Origin: Nitrososphaeraceae archaeon
GTDB taxonomy: Archaea; Thermoproteota; Nitrososphaeria; Nitrososphaerales; Nitrososphaeraceae
Assembly: GCA_044870765.1 (NCBI GenBank)
Contig: JBIOZG010000005.1
Location: forward strand, 79,938 to 143,937
DNA: 64,000 nucleotides
Reading direction: 5' to 3'
The stretch's first letter is position 1. The number at the start of each line of letters is the position of its first letter. Shown here piece after piece: positions 20,027-31,404 of the stretch. A model generated the notes under the pieces. It did no database searches. It saw only the letters and a list, made by a program, of their open reading frames with translations, and was not told the DNA's origin. The position numbers were made by a program, and so were the translations under genes.

Positions 20027-21287
20027 TCTCTTTCACTTTTTTCAATGCCTTGGCAAACGCTTCCATTGTCTTGTCTATATCGTCATCATCATGAGAATAG
20101 GAAATAAAACAGGTTTCAAATTGTGAGGGTGGTATGAATATCCCTGATTTTAGTATCTCGCTGAATAATTTCTTGTACTGTAGTTGATTTGATTTTCTAA
20201 CGTCTGACGCATTTTTGATCTGTTCATTTGTGAAAAAAAGTTGGAACATGGAGGAGATGTGATTTACACTTGCTCCAATTTTTAGATCTTTTATGTGATC
20301 CTTAATTCCAATTGTTAGTGTATCAGAGAATCGTGAAAGCTTTGGATACAAATCATTTTTCAAGTCCCTTAACTTCTCCAGAGTTGCTATACCTGCAGTT
20401 ACAGAAGTCGGATTTCCTGCGTATGTACTTCCCTGAAATACCGTTCCTTTTGGTGATAACAATTCCATTATCTTCTTCTTTCCAACAATGGCCGAAAGTG
20501 GAAAACCATTCCCTATTGACTTTGCAAGGGTCATGATGTCTGGAGTTACGCCAAAATATTCTGAAGCACCTCCGGGGGATACTCTAAACCCAGTCACAAC
20601 TTCATCAAAAATCAACACAATTTCCTCTTTTTCAGTTATTTTCCTTAGTTTACTGAGATAATCAGCCATTGGTAATACAAGTCCCATATTAGCCAATACC
20701 GGTTCTACAATTATGCATGCGATATCCTCATTTTGTTTCACCACATCTTCTATAGCGCCAATGTCATTGTATGGCAATAACAAAGTCTCTTTCATTGAAC
20801 TTTGTAAATTGCCTTCATCAGAAGCGCTTGAAGCGCTAGAGCCAGGACTAACCAAGACGTAGTCATATGCGCCGTGATAACATCCGTCAAACTTAATAAC
20901 CTTTTTTTTCTTTGTAAAACCTCTTGCCAATCTTATTGAGTGCATGGTTGATTCTAATCCTGTATTCATCAGCCTCACCATTTCCATATTGGGAATCATT
21001 TCAATAATTAACTCGGCCAATTTGGTCTCCTTTTCTGTAGGAACACAAAATATGTTGCCCTTATCCAATTGCGCTTTTACAGCATTTATCACATCAAGAT
21101 ATGCATGTCCCAATAATACTGATCCGTATCCAAGGCAATAGTCAATAAGCGTATCATGCTCTTCAGTAATGATTTTAGAACCCTTTCCATAAGAGGCGAA
21201 AAAAGGATACGGTTCGTAGAAACGAACCGGACTATTAACACCACCAGGAATTATTTCTTTTGCTCTATTAAACAGAGAAGCCGACAA
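20019..21287 (-). CDS. hemL: glutamate-1-semialdehyde 2,1-aminomutase
   Basis: PGGVNSPVR, FDGCYHG, FDEVVTGFR, PSQFE. Confidence 0.96.
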   Translation of the reverse strand: MSASLFNRAKEIIPGGVNSPVRFYEPYPFFASYGKGSKIITEEHDTLIDYCLGYGSVLLGHAYLDVINAVKAQLDKGNIFCVPTEKETKLAELIIEMIPNMEMVRLMNTGLESTMHSIRLARGFTKKKKVIKFDGCYHGAYDYVLVSPGSSASSASDEGNLQSSMKETLLLPYNDIGAIEDVVKQNEDIACIIVEPVLANMGLVLPMADYLSKLRKITEKEEIVLIFDEVVTGFRVSPGGASEYFGVTPDIMTLAKSIGNGFPLSAIVGKKKIMELLSPKGTVFQGSTYAGNPTSVTAGIATLEKLRDLKNDLYPKLSRFSDTLTIGIKDHIKDLKIGASVNHISSMFQLFFTNEQIKNASDVRKSNQLQYKKLFSEILKSGIFIPPSQFETCFISYSHDDDDIDKTMEAFAKALKKVKEIE

Positions 21288-21326
21288 GCACTGATTGATT
21301 GTCTCGTAACTGTTATAATTGTATCT

Positions 21327-22334
21327 TTAGATACTGTTCAATAATTCGCCAACTCTTTTGGCATAATATGATACTATAATGTCAGCCCCTGCTCTTTTAA
21401 TACTAGTCATAAATTCCATCACTACTTCGTCTTCGTTAACCCAACCTTCCATGGCAGCAGCCTTTACAATGGAGTACTCGCCCGATACGCTGTATGCACA
21501 TACTGGTAATAATGTAGATTGTCTTGTCTTGTAAATCAGGTCAAGATATGGCAATGCTGGCTTTATCATTACTATGTCAGCACCTTCTTTAACATCCATC
21601 ATTATCTCCTGTAGTGCTTCATTTGTATTATGAAATGGCATTTGGTAAGTTTTCCTATCGCCAAACTCCGGAGTGGAGTGAGATGCATCTCTAAAAGGAG
21701 TATACAAATTCGACGATAATTTAGCCGAGTAACCGATGATTCCTACATTGATGAAATTGGCATTGTCCAGTGCATTTCGAATGCTTTTTACCTGCCCGTC
21801 CATCATTGCAGAAGGGGCTACAAAATCTACTCCAGCTTCGGCGTGGCTGGTTGCTACCTTGTCTAGAACTTTCAAACTTGTATCATTATCCGCAACTTTG
21901 TTCTTAATAATCCCGCAATGACCATGTGAGGTGTATTGACAAAGGCATACATCTGTTATAGTTACAATTTTTTCGCCAAAGTTCTGTTTTAAGGATTTTA
22001 CAGATTGTTGAATAATTCCATCCTTGCTATATGCGCTAGTGGCTTTATCATTTTTGATTTTTGGAATCCCAAAAATCAAAAACGTCCTTAAACCAAGATC
22101 ATACAATTCTTGGATGTCCCTATCTAGATTCTTTAATGGTACCCTAAAAATTCCGGGCATCAACTCAATTTCTTTCGGCTCATCTATTCCTTCTTGAATA
22201 AAAACTGGGCATACAAGATCTTTTACTGATAACCTTGTTTCCTGTAACAAATCTCTTATAGCTGGTGTCCGTCTTAATCTTCTTAATCTTACTTTTGGAA
22301 ATCCATCAGATTCAGGTGCTTCATTTTGGTTCAT
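21327..22334 (-). CDS. hemB: porphobilinogen synthase (ALA dehydratase)
   Basis: DVCLCQYTSHGHCG Zn site, APSAMMDG, GDRKTYQM, VSGEYS. Confidence 0.97.
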   Translation of the reverse strand: MNQNEAPESDGFPKVRLRRLRRTPAIRDLLQETRLSVKDLVCPVFIQEGIDEPKEIELMPGIFRVPLKNLDRDIQELYDLGLRTFLIFGIPKIKNDKATSAYSKDGIIQQSVKSLKQNFGEKIVTITDVCLCQYTSHGHCGIIKNKVADNDTSLKVLDKVATSHAEAGVDFVAPSAMMDGQVKSIRNALDNANFINVGIIGYSAKLSSNLYTPFRDASHSTPEFGDRKTYQMPFHNTNEALQEIMMDVKEGADIVMIKPALPYLDLIYKTRQSTLLPVCAYSVSGEYSIVKAAAMEGWVNEDEVVMEFMTSIKRAGADIIVSYYAKRVGELLNSI

Positions 22335-23595
22335 AATTAAAAATCCTTGATACTATGTTGAGTACATCTTCATTCTTTTCTGTATTCCCAATTTCTTTTC
22401 TAAAGTTATTCATGGGTGTAGAAAGAATACCTTCAACTATTGCAAATGATAATTGCTCCATTATTTCATATTCTTTCATTCCTTTCTTAATTCCGAGTAA
22501 TCTAACTGCTTTTGACAGTTCCCTATTTCTAACTTCATCCACAATTTTGAATATTGATACCACAAAAGGTTCTGCTTTGATTTTTCTAAATAGCAGATCC
22601 ATATTTTGCATTCCGCCCTGGATCATATCTTCAGCCAATCTAACTTCTTCTCGCCTGCGGTTCAAATTTCGGTCAACTATTTCTGCAATTTGATCTATGT
22701 TGACTAATTTTACTCCCGATATTGTTGCAATCTTGTCGTCCACAGTCCTAGGATTTGAAAGATCAAATATCATCATTCCACTATCTTTCTTGGCACAATT
22801 GAATATTCTCTCATAGGTTATCAAATTGTAAGGAGCTGTTGTAGAAACAAAAATGATGTCCGTCTTTCCAAAATTATTGAGAGCATCTTCAAAATTTACA
22901 GGGTTTCCACCAACAGTTCTGCAAAATGATTTGGCCCTTTCAAAGGTCCTGCTTGCAACTTCAAAGTTTACTTGTCTCTTTTTTAGTGATTTTGCAACAA
23001 GTGTAGCTCCCTCACCAGTACCAATTAGTAGAACCTTTTTATTCTGAAAATCATCAAAATATTCTTCAGCCAGATTAACTGCCATAGAGCCTACCGATAC
23101 ACTCCCTTTATTCAAACCAGTATTGGTCCTAACTCTACTTCCAACCTTTATTGCATGTTCAAAAATTATCGGGAGAAAAGAATCAACATAGCAGTTTTGA
23201 CGAGAATATTCGAAAGATCTTTTAACCTGTCCCAAAATCTGATCCTCTCCCACCACCAATGACTCAAGCCCTGATGTAAGCCTAAGAAGATGATTGATAG
23301 CGCCTTTATCTTGATCTACTTCAGCATATTCAAAAGACAAATCTCTGAATTCGGTATTCTTTCTCCATGTCTCAAAAATATTATCAGTATCAATCTTTTC
23401 TAGTGCGAGAAATAGCTCTACTCTATTACATGTTTGTATAATAACACATTCTCTTATCCCATTGCTGGTGAGGAATTCACGATATGCCTTGCCTATATCT
23501 TTGAATGTAAATTTTTCAAGAACATGAATCGGAGACTTTTTGTGAGTTACCCTTAAGTTTAATAATTTCAGTTCATCAGTAATTTCTGGACTCAT
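22321..23595 (-). CDS. hemA: glutamyl-tRNA reductase
   Basis: QTCNRVE, SGLES.VVGEDQILGQ, GTGEGA, D.SNPR. Confidence 0.96.
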   Translation of the reverse strand: MSPEITDELKLLNLRVTHKKSPIHVLEKFTFKDIGKAYREFLTSNGIRECVIIQTCNRVELFLALEKIDTDNIFETWRKNTEFRDLSFEYAEVDQDKGAINHLLRLTSGLESLVVGEDQILGQVKRSFEYSRQNCYVDSFLPIIFEHAIKVGSRVRTNTGLNKGSVSVGSMAVNLAEEYFDDFQNKKVLLIGTGEGATLVAKSLKKRQVNFEVASRTFERAKSFCRTVGGNPVNFEDALNNFGKTDIIFVSTTAPYNLITYERIFNCAKKDSGMMIFDLSNPRTVDDKIATISGVKLVNIDQIAEIVDRNLNRRREEVRLAEDMIQGGMQNMDLLFRKIKAEPFVVSIFKIVDEVRNRELSKAVRLLGIKKGMKEYEIMEQLSFAIVEGILSTPMNNFRKEIGNTEKNEDVLNIVSRIFNYEPK

Positions 23596-24263
23596 TTTTT
23601 ACTCGCTTCTCCCCAATTTTTCAACATATATGATGCAGTCATTTTTGCTTCGTCTAGCTTGTTTGATCTTAACAAATACTGGATATTTTTATCTTTTATT
23701 AATGAATATAAGAATTCCTTTCGCTCTTTTACTGTACTTATTTTTTCCTTTGCCATCTTCCGCGCAAATTCCTGTAATATTATATTGCTAATATCTGATT
23801 CACTAATAACCTTGTTCAGCATCCTTTCCGCCTTCATCCGAATTTTTCTTGCCATTATCGGACTTTTGCCAGAGGTCGATATTGCCACCTGTACTAAACC
23901 ATCAATGTTAACAAGAGATGTATATGAAAAGTCGCTCATAAGTGGATCATCCGCAGCATAAACAAATGCTCCCATCGTCCTGCCCTTCTCTACTAGTTTT
24001 CTGTTTAACTGTCTATCATCAGTTGCAGCCAAGATCAAGAAAATATCGTTGAATTTATCTAGGACTGTGGCGTCCTTTATCCTCATTTTTATTAGTTTTA
24101 TTTTTCGATGATGGCTCATGCTTCTGAGTGCCTTATTGAATCTGGAAGTAATTACGGTTATTTCGCATCCTTGATCTAACAATCCGTGCACTTTGCGTAA
24201 ACCTTCGGTACCACCTCCTATCACAACAGCTTTTTTGTTGTTTACGTTAAGGTCTACTATCAA
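23592..24263 (-). CDS. sirC: precorrin-2 dehydrogenase / sirohydrochlorin ferrochelatase (CysG N-terminal/SirC-like)
   Basis: VIGGG...RK, AATDD..LN, AISTSGKSP. Confidence 0.88.
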   Translation of the reverse strand: MIVDLNVNNKKAVVIGGGTEGLRKVHGLLDQGCEITVITSRFNKALRSMSHHRKIKLIKMRIKDATVLDKFNDIFLILAATDDRQLNRKLVEKGRTMGAFVYAADDPLMSDFSYTSLVNIDGLVQVAISTSGKSPIMARKIRMKAERMLNKVISESDISNIILQEFARKMAKEKISTVKERKEFLYSLIKDKNIQYLLRSNKLDEAKMTASYMLKNWGEASKK

Positions 24264-24423
24264 TTAGCTGCACCAGATACGAACAATGGATTTGAGGGAT
24301 TATCTTTATTTAATCATTCCATGCAATGATTTGTATCAAACAGTCATCTTATTAGGGACGAACAATTTCGCATTATCTGAAATATCATATAGTATATATA
24401 CAATAACGACGTTATAATTTGTA

Positions 24424-25821
24424 ATGACCTCAGATCTGAATATGGACTACAGCAAATATGACTTCAAGGATTCTACTGAACTTTACGTATATTTGAGTAA
24501 AAAGGGACTTTCAAGGGGAACAGTAGAGGAAATTAGCAAATTAAAGGATGAACCGGACTGGATGCGAGAATTTAGATTACGAGCTTATGAAGTTTTTCTC
24601 AGTAAACCCATGCCGAATTGGGGTGGCGATCTATCTCATATTGATTTTCAGAATATTTACTACTACGCAAAGGCATCTGATAAGCAAAGCAAGAATTGGG
24701 AAGATGTTCCGGAATCAGTAAGGAACACGTTTGAAAAATTAGGAATTCCTGAAGCAGAAAGAAAGTTTTTGGCAGGAGTAGGTGCACAATATGAATCAGA
24801 GGTTGTTTATCATAATCTCCGCGAAGATTTAGAAAAACAGGGAGTGATTTTTACAGATACTGACACGGCTGTCAAGAAATACCCTGATATTTTAAAGAAG
24901 CATTTTGGTAAGGTTATTCCTCCAGAAGATAACAAATTTGCTGCATTAAATAGTGCTGTGTGGTCCGGTGGATCTTTCATATATGTTCCAAGAAATGTAA
25001 AGGTTGATCTTCCACTCCAAGCATATTTTAGAATCAATGCAGAAAATATTGGCCAGTTTGAAAGAACTCTTATTATAGCCGATGAAGGTGCAGAAGTGCA
25101 CTATATAGAGGGATGTACGGCACCTGTGTATACAACTGAGTCCCTTCATTCAGCGGTAGTAGAACTAATAGCAAAAAGGGGAGCGAAAATAAGGTATACT
25201 ACTATTCAAAATTGGAGTAAAGACGTTTACAACCTGGTCACAAAAAGAGCATATGCATATGAGAACGCTACGGTTGAATGGATTGATGGAAATCTTGGTA
25301 GCAAATTAACGATGAAGTATCCAGGTGTTTACATGCTTGGTAAACGAGCACATGCGGAGGTAATTTCAATTGCCTTTGCAGGAAGCGGACAACATCAAGA
25401 TGCTGGTGCAAAAGCAGTACACCTTGCTCCGGACACAACTTCCAGGATTACGAGCAAATCTGTCAGTAAAGATGCGGGACGAACTACATATAGAGGATTG
25501 TTACATGTCGCAAAAGGCGCTACAGGTGTAAAATCTAATGTCAGATGCGACGCGTTACTTCTTGACAAGAACTCGAGAACTGATACATATCCCTATGTTG
25601 AAGTTAACGAAGATGATGCTACAATATCTCACGAAGCTACCGTGGGTAAGATTGGTGAGGATCAGATATTCTATCTGATGAGCAGAGGATTTTCAGAATC
25701 TGACGCCCTGTCATTGATAGTCGGTGGCTTTATGGAGCCATTTACAAAAGAGCTACCAATGGAATATGCAGTAGAATTGAACAGGTTGCTAAAACTAGAG
25801 ATGGAAGGTTCAGTAGGTTAA
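24424..25821 (+). CDS. sufB: Fe-S cluster assembly protein SufB
   Basis: [44 protein letters not shown]. Confidence 0.96.
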   Translation: MTSDLNMDYSKYDFKDSTELYVYLSKKGLSRGTVEEISKLKDEPDWMREFRLRAYEVFLSKPMPNWGGDLSHIDFQNIYYYAKASDKQSKNWEDVPESVRNTFEKLGIPEAERKFLAGVGAQYESEVVYHNLREDLEKQGVIFTDTDTAVKKYPDILKKHFGKVIPPEDNKFAALNSAVWSGGSFIYVPRNVKVDLPLQAYFRINAENIGQFERTLIIADEGAEVHYIEGCTAPVYTTESLHSAVVELIAKRGAKIRYTTIQNWSKDVYNLVTKRAYAYENATVEWIDGNLGSKLTMKYPGVYMLGKRAHAEVISIAFAGSGQHQDAGAKAVHLAPDTTSRITSKSVSKDAGRTTYRGLLHVAKGATGVKSNVRCDALLLDKNSRTDTYPYVEVNEDDATISHEATVGKIGEDQIFYLMSRGFSESDALSLIVGGFMEPFTKELPMEYAVELNRLLKLEMEGSVG

Positions 25822-26016
25822 AACGAAAGCTGTAACTGCCTATACATTCAGTAGAGAAAAATAACATTTCTTCTTGATTGTCAAAAATCATGTCACTTTT
25901 TTATTTTCTTTAAATCTCAACGATAACTTATTCCTACTCTTATTAAACTGAAATCCTTATAAGCCCCTTCTAACTCATTTGTTTTTGAATCATATAGGTT
26001 TAATGGAGAATTCTGA

Positions 26017-26616
26017 ATGGATTTTGGCTTGATCATAATGCAGCTGTGGAGTACGCACTATAATGAAAATGCACCATTACCATTTTCATTTTCCTCGATG
26101 ATTATTGCTGCGCTTATAGCCATTGGTTTGAACATAGCGTTTGCTATGCTTAGAAAGAAAACCACTGATATTGAAAAAATGAGTAAAATTATGAAAGAGT
26201 CAGTTGAGTTTAGAAAACAGATGATGGCCGCTGTTAAGAAACAGGACAAGGCTCTGATTGCTGAACTAAAGAAGAAACAAGCATACGTCAATAAAATGAA
26301 TCTAGAGGTTCAACAACAGCAAATGAAGCCAATGTTCATTTACATGATACCTTCCTTTATGTTATGGATTCTTGTTTTTCCTTATATTTTCGGAGGAGTA
26401 GTAGCGCTTTCTCCAGTACATCCAGTAATTCCGTTTATCACTTGTAACGAAAATAATGTAAAAAATGACATACAAAAAAACCCAGACGGAACGCATAAGG
26501 GAGTTTGTAGGCAAGTAGGACAGATATATTTGTGGGGATGGTTTCTAATTGTGAACTTTGCATTTAATGGAATAATTTCGAAGATTACCAAAACAGCTCT
26601 CCCAAGCATTACATAA
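26017..26616 (+). CDS. EMC3/TMCO1 (DUF106, Oxa1 superfamily) membrane insertase-like protein
   Basis: TM helix, coiled coil, Q.MKPM...P, C-terminal W.W helix. Confidence 0.8.
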   Translation: MDFGLIIMQLWSTHYNENAPLPFSFSSMIIAALIAIGLNIAFAMLRKKTTDIEKMSKIMKESVEFRKQMMAAVKKQDKALIAELKKKQAYVNKMNLEVQQQQMKPMFIYMIPSFMLWILVFPYIFGGVVALSPVHPVIPFITCNENNVKNDIQKNPDGTHKGVCRQVGQIYLWGWFLIVNFAFNGIISKITKTALPSIT

Positions 26617-26679
26617 TCGCTTATTCTGTTTACAAAAATTATCAAATACTTTAGATTTGTATTCAACTACCTTCCATTA

Positions 26680-27315
26680 TCATATGACATTTGTTATCCT
26701 GGAGATTAGATGAGAAAGTCTGTTAGTTGGTTGAGCTATGATTCTTTTAAAATCATCCATTGTATCCAGATCTTCTGAAAGGTTTACAGAATTAATTATG
26801 ATCGTTCTCTCGCTATTCTTTTTTGAAGATTGAATATGCTTAAAGTAGCTGTTGTTATCATATGAAGTCTCGTACAAGTTAAAAGGCTGTCTTAACAATA
26901 TGTTGGTACCATCCATTCTCATAGAAGGAACTATAATAGAACAATTTTGATATTTTCTAGCCATTGATAACAATAGTTCAATCTCATATGAATTCATGAA
27001 AATAAGATCTATTGGGATGATGATGTTTGATTGTATTTGTTTTTCTTTACAATATTCATCACCTACTTCAATCGCATAATTCACACCTTTTTCATTTGAG
27101 TATACGTATTCAATATTGTAATGATTGGAAATCTCTCTAACCCTTTCGTCTGCCGATATGGTTACTATGGTTGAGATACTTTTACATTTTGTCAAATTAA
27201 CAATTGTATTTTTTAGCATTAATTCCGTCAGTACAATCTTCTGATTTTTAGTGAGCTCCAATCTAGTCTTGCTTGATTCAAATCTCTTGACAGGAATTAA
27301 CGCTACTACTTTCAT
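26680..27315 (-). CDS. cofC: 2-phospho-L-lactate/PEP guanylyltransferase (F420 biosynthesis)
   Basis: ALIPVK....KTRL, DGTNIL, Y...S...H, DLDT.DD; start set to MKVV. Confidence 0.88.
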   Translation of the reverse strand: MKVVALIPVKRFESSKTRLELTKNQKIVLTELMLKNTIVNLTKCKSISTIVTISADERVREISNHYNIEYVYSNEKGVNYAIEVGDEYCKEKQIQSNIIIPIDLIFMNSYEIELLLSMARKYQNCSIIVPSMRMDGTNILLRQPFNLYETSYDNNSYFKHIQSSKKNSERTIIINSVNLSEDLDTMDDFKRIIAQPTNRLSHLISRITNVI

Positions 27316-27323
27316 ATGTCCAT

Positions 27324-28247
27324 TCAAGCACTGTTGAATTTGTTGATGATGTAATTGCACAATTGGATCTCATCTTCTACATTTTGCATAACTATATTGG
27401 TCTTGTGTGTCTGAATTCCTAGGCTGTGAATTTTCTTCTCATACTCCATGTCTAATTCAGAGATTATGAGATTCGAGGCAATATCTTCATAATGCAAAGC
27501 GACTCCGTAAGGAGATGATTCAATACCCATTGCCTCCATATATTTTGAAGCCGGGCCACTAAGAGCTGTATTTCCAATTATGGGACTAATTGCCACAACA
27601 TCACGCTTTCTTGATTCAAGTTCCTTTCGAATTGATGGCATTGAGATAATCGGGCCAATACTGGAAATTGGATTTCCAGGTGCAATTACGACTAGGTCCG
27701 AATTTCTGATAAGCTCCACGGCCTTGGTGTTTGCATTTGCTTCCTTAATGCCATCGTACCTTATTCCCTTTATCTCAGGTTCCGCGCGATTTTTGACCCA
27801 ATATTCTTGAATATGCATATCCCCCTGTGTAGTCTCTATCCTTGTCTCAATGTGACTATCCGAAGCAGGCAAGATAACAGTCGATATTGAGAAACTTTTT
27901 CGAATCCATTCTGTAATTGATGATAATGATTTTCCCTCTTTTATTAAGTTGGTTCTAACAAGATGTAGGGCTAGATCACGGTCTCCAATCCTAAACCAAT
28001 GCTCTTGTCCAAGTGTTTTCATTTGTTCTAAAAACATAAATGAATCACCTTCTATGCCCCAACCTCTTTCTTTGTCCAATATGTTGGCCAGACCGTATGT
28101 TATGGTATCAATATCAGGACACACGTACAATCCATACAACCACAAGTTGTCTGCGATATTTGAAATGATGGCCAAGTCCTCCGAAATCTTGGAAAGTCCT
28201 CGAGCAATCTTTACCGAACCTGTCCCTCCTGCTAATAGTGTGATCAA
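27324..28247 (-). CDS. cofD: 2-phospho-L-lactate transferase (F420 biosynthesis)
   Basis: LAGGTG..K, CPDIDT..Y.LA, WFRIGDRD, PGNP.SSIGPI; TTG start at 28247. Confidence 0.93.
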   Translation of the reverse strand: MITLLAGGTGSVKIARGLSKISEDLAIISNIADNLWLYGLYVCPDIDTITYGLANILDKERGWGIEGDSFMFLEQMKTLGQEHWFRIGDRDLALHLVRTNLIKEGKSLSSITEWIRKSFSISTVILPASDSHIETRIETTQGDMHIQEYWVKNRAEPEIKGIRYDGIKEANANTKAVELIRNSDLVVIAPGNPISSIGPIISMPSIRKELESRKRDVVAISPIIGNTALSGPASKYMEAMGIESSPYGVALHYEDIASNLIISELDMEYEKKIHSLGIQTHKTNIVMQNVEDEIQLCNYIINKFNSA

Positions 28248-28419
28248 TACAAAAGAACACTCTTGTTGTCTTTGCAACTTTTTTAAATTTTCCTAAAAAC
28301 CAGTCCGTCAAATTTGAGAAATAATGTACTTGAATGACTACTTTTGTTGCAACAGTGAACACTAGAGATGCCGATGAATTCGATAAAGATTATAAGCAGG
28401 TTGAATCAGTCTCTACCCT

Positions 28420-29469
28420 GTGAATAGTTTCAGATTCATTATAGTTATTTTCTTGATAACATTCACAGTTTCTTCTCTTGTATCAAATTCTCATGCTGTT
28501 CAAATGACCACAGTCTTATCACCTAAATTAAATCAAGCTGAACCAATATTCACAGCTAATCGATTTATTACAATACAATTCGATCAGGGAAGCGAGTTGG
28601 CAAAAAAATTGTCCACAATTAATGAAAATGTGAGTTTTAAAGCAAATGTTTCAACTCCCGGGATGGCAGAATTAATTTCTGGAATAAATAGGGATATTTT
28701 TACGGAAAAACAAAGTCCTATTAACATCGAAAATGCTACAATTGACTATACGGGAACGCTGAGGGGCAGCAGCGACCGGTTGATAATGTCATACAAAATA
28801 GTATTCACACCTGTCATAACGGGATTTACACTGCCAAGCAATAATTCAGGTTCTACAAATTCTCTGGTTGATTTGGACTGGAGAGGATTTCATACTTCAA
28901 GACCTCTTACACTTCAGGTACCAGACATTGGTAATGTCAGTATTAATTATCCAATGAGTCTACTTCAAGTTAAACTTCCCGAAATAGCACAGCAGCTTAA
29001 TTCATCAGAGGCCGCCGAAATATTCCGAACACCATTGTTTAATTTTGAAGATATTTCCACACCGATGGAGCGTTGGCACTTTTTGTTTGACCCAACTGGA
29101 AGTCAGGCTTCTTCAGCCGGTTCAGGCTTTCAAGAATTGGGAGGTGCCAGGGTTGTTTCAATTTTCTCGCTAGGTGAGAGCAGTTTCAGAGAAGGAGTAA
29201 TGGAAGCAAAGGAATCTGATGCTACTGCATTAGTTGATGGAGCAAATTTACGTATCCATTCTAGTACTCCACCTCCAAGTGGCCAAGTACAAATTGCTGG
29301 ATTTGCATCTGTATCTAAAAATGGGAACTCTGAAATTGCTATTGTTTCAGAAAATGCTCCCGAGGGATCTTCAACTTCAACAGGTAGCTTTCCAATCCAG
29401 GTACTAGTAATACTTGGAGGTATGATGGCAGCCATATCAGTATTGGTCTTGTGGAAAGCAAGAAAATAG
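28420..29469 (+). CDS. exported, C-terminally anchored hypothetical protein
   Basis: Signal peptide (..SHA), C-terminal TM helix plus KARK. Confidence 0.75.
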   Translation: MNSFRFIIVIFLITFTVSSLVSNSHAVQMTTVLSPKLNQAEPIFTANRFITIQFDQGSELAKKLSTINENVSFKANVSTPGMAELISGINRDIFTEKQSPINIENATIDYTGTLRGSSDRLIMSYKIVFTPVITGFTLPSNNSGSTNSLVDLDWRGFHTSRPLTLQVPDIGNVSINYPMSLLQVKLPEIAQQLNSSEAAEIFRTPLFNFEDISTPMERWHFLFDPTGSQASSAGSGFQELGGARVVSIFSLGESSFREGVMEAKESDATALVDGANLRIHSSTPPPSGQVQIAGFASVSKNGNSEIAIVSENAPEGSSTSTGSFPIQVLVILGGMMAAISVLVLWKARK

Positions 29470-29711
29470 TCAATTTGCGTCTCATCTAATTCTTATTTTA
29501 TTCTTCTACGGTTACCTGAGCCCATTATTTTTTTGAAAGATAATTGTGATTCCGTTTGTCCAACGATCGGTTCATGATCAAGTTTCTTTGTATCTTTTGC
29601 GAGTCTTAGATATGTCCATACTCTCTCATAAACATAATTCGGATGACGTTATGATTTAACTTGCGTTTCCTTGGAGAGACCAAATGCGTCCAGTTGATAT
29701 TAAAAAAATGT

Positions 29712-29989
29712 TTGCTAGCTGTAACCCTCCTTTTGTTTTAAGTGGGATTCCACTGAGCGGTCAACCTGGGATCATACAGGAATGTTCAACCCTTTTTGTC
29801 CTTGCTCCACTCAGGTCGGCGGTTTCATTCCAGTATTGACATCTTCAGGCTACTCACCATCATCATCATCTATATCAACTGGATTCCTTTCTGTTCCGTT
29901 GCCAGGTGTCTCCACCTAATTATCGCTAATTTGAGTGCCTGTTACGAGGGAGGAGTTTCCTCTCTTTCGAGTAACCCACACGCTAGCTA
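29712..29989 (-). ncRNA. rnpB: RNase P RNA
   Basis: Minus strand has GAGGAAACUCCUCC and ACAAAAGGAGGGUUA (P4 halves), ACAGAAA, UGAAAC and GAGCAAG; terminal GCUAGC P1 helix; TATA-like TTTTTAAT about 25 nt upstream. Confidence 0.93.
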
Positions 29990-30162
29990 ACACATTAAGG
30001 TGAGCAAATATGATTAAAAAATCTTTTTTATGTGATTTCCGAGGGCGCACATTTCTTTATTAGAAAATATATTTCCGGCACCATATCATATGAAAAACAA
30101 TGCAATTACAGTTGGTTGGCTTACATATTCATCTATTTTTTACTTTGTTTTCTTGAGCATAA

Positions 30163-31206
30163 TCATCCGAATTGTTTTACAAGCAAATCTCGTTTCTTGC
30201 TTATCTGGAAGAGAGAGTCAGTGTGCTCATACGCCTGTTTCTTTGATTTGCCCAATGCCATCGATTGAAACAACAGGTGGTTTTCTGGAATCACAATACC
30301 AGTTTGATCATCTGAATAGAGAATTTTTAGAGTATCGTCACTTTTTCTCATTGTTTCTTCATGAATGTGAACCATATTGGTATCGTCATGTTCAAACCCT
30401 AACTCGCGGGCTTTAAGTCGAATGTCCGCGGTACCCTTTGCATTAGCAAGTACAGCAACTCCGAATTCATCATGATAAATATCAGATATTGAATCAAAGT
30501 ATGGCACTTTATCTTTGAACCTAATTATCATTTGGTGAAGATGCATCATCCTTGAAGGGACCTTGTAAGCTTCAACGTATAGTTTTACTGATGGCAGGAA
30601 CGATTTAACATCGTCTTGATGATGTGGATTCTTATCCCATTCTATAGAATCCTTGACTTCCTTCTTATCCTCCAAATCTGCCCATCTTCTGATTAATGTG
30701 ACATCATATCTCTGAATTTTATCCCCAAATTTTTCAATCATTGGCTGCATGATTCTACCCATACCTGAAACATTACAGCTGCCCTGGATGACGTACTTTT
30801 GATTTGTGACCTTATCAAAGTTGATCCTCGAATTGTGAATAATATCAGCCACTTTTTTTTCACCAGTTCTATCTTCACCGCCCTGAAAAATCGCCGGCTT
30901 ATTCAAAGGAATATAGAAATTTATTTTGTTACTATAACCAAATCCATCTTTGGCAGCATCTATTACAAGATCAGATTTTTTAATAGCATCTGTAATAGTG
31001 CCAGATATGTCGTACCCCTTTCCTTTGAATTCGGGTACTTTCTCATCAGGTACGTATACCGGAAATTTCTTTGAAAATGCCTCGTCAACTTTATTGTCTA
31101 TAGAATATTTTCCTATGCCAACAAATTGAATCTCTTTGTCATGAGAAAACGCAGATGCAAGTCTCCTACCAATATTTCCATATCCGTTTATGAATACTCT
31201 TACCAT
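30163..31206 (-). CDS. gap: glyceraldehyde-3-phosphate dehydrogenase, archaeal type II
   Basis: NGYGNIGRR, FQGGE, SCN, RRWAD, HH..DV, IVIPEN. Confidence 0.92.
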   Translation of the reverse strand: MVRVFINGYGNIGRRLASAFSHDKEIQFVGIGKYSIDNKVDEAFSKKFPVYVPDEKVPEFKGKGYDISGTITDAIKKSDLVIDAAKDGFGYSNKINFYIPLNKPAIFQGGEDRTGEKKVADIIHNSRINFDKVTNQKYVIQGSCNVSGMGRIMQPMIEKFGDKIQRYDVTLIRRWADLEDKKEVKDSIEWDKNPHHQDDVKSFLPSVKLYVEAYKVPSRMMHLHQMIIRFKDKVPYFDSISDIYHDEFGVAVLANAKGTADIRLKARELGFEHDDTNMVHIHEETMRKSDDTLKILYSDDQTGIVIPENHLLFQSMALGKSKKQAYEHTDSLFQISKKRDLLVKQFG

Positions 31207-31404
31207 TTCTCAATGTTTTTAGTGGAATAAATGGATTATTTAATGTATTATAAAATCGCGTTTAAATAAGCCACTGTATGAATGAATCCTACACTGCAAA
31301 TTGCCATAAGGAGATAGCAAATTTGTGATTTTTTATAAACATTAAATATCAATAGTGTTGAAAATTAACATCAAGAGATAATCAAGAATAATGAGTGCTT
31401 TGGT

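Noticed and set aside
29490-29700. Open minus-strand frame downstream of rnpB (YERVWTYLRLAK...)
   Set aside because: Only a late ATG (10 codons) after the upstream stop; no family resemblance
29796-29990. 64-aa ORF in track and a (CAT)4 run
   Set aside because: Antisense to and inside RNase P RNA
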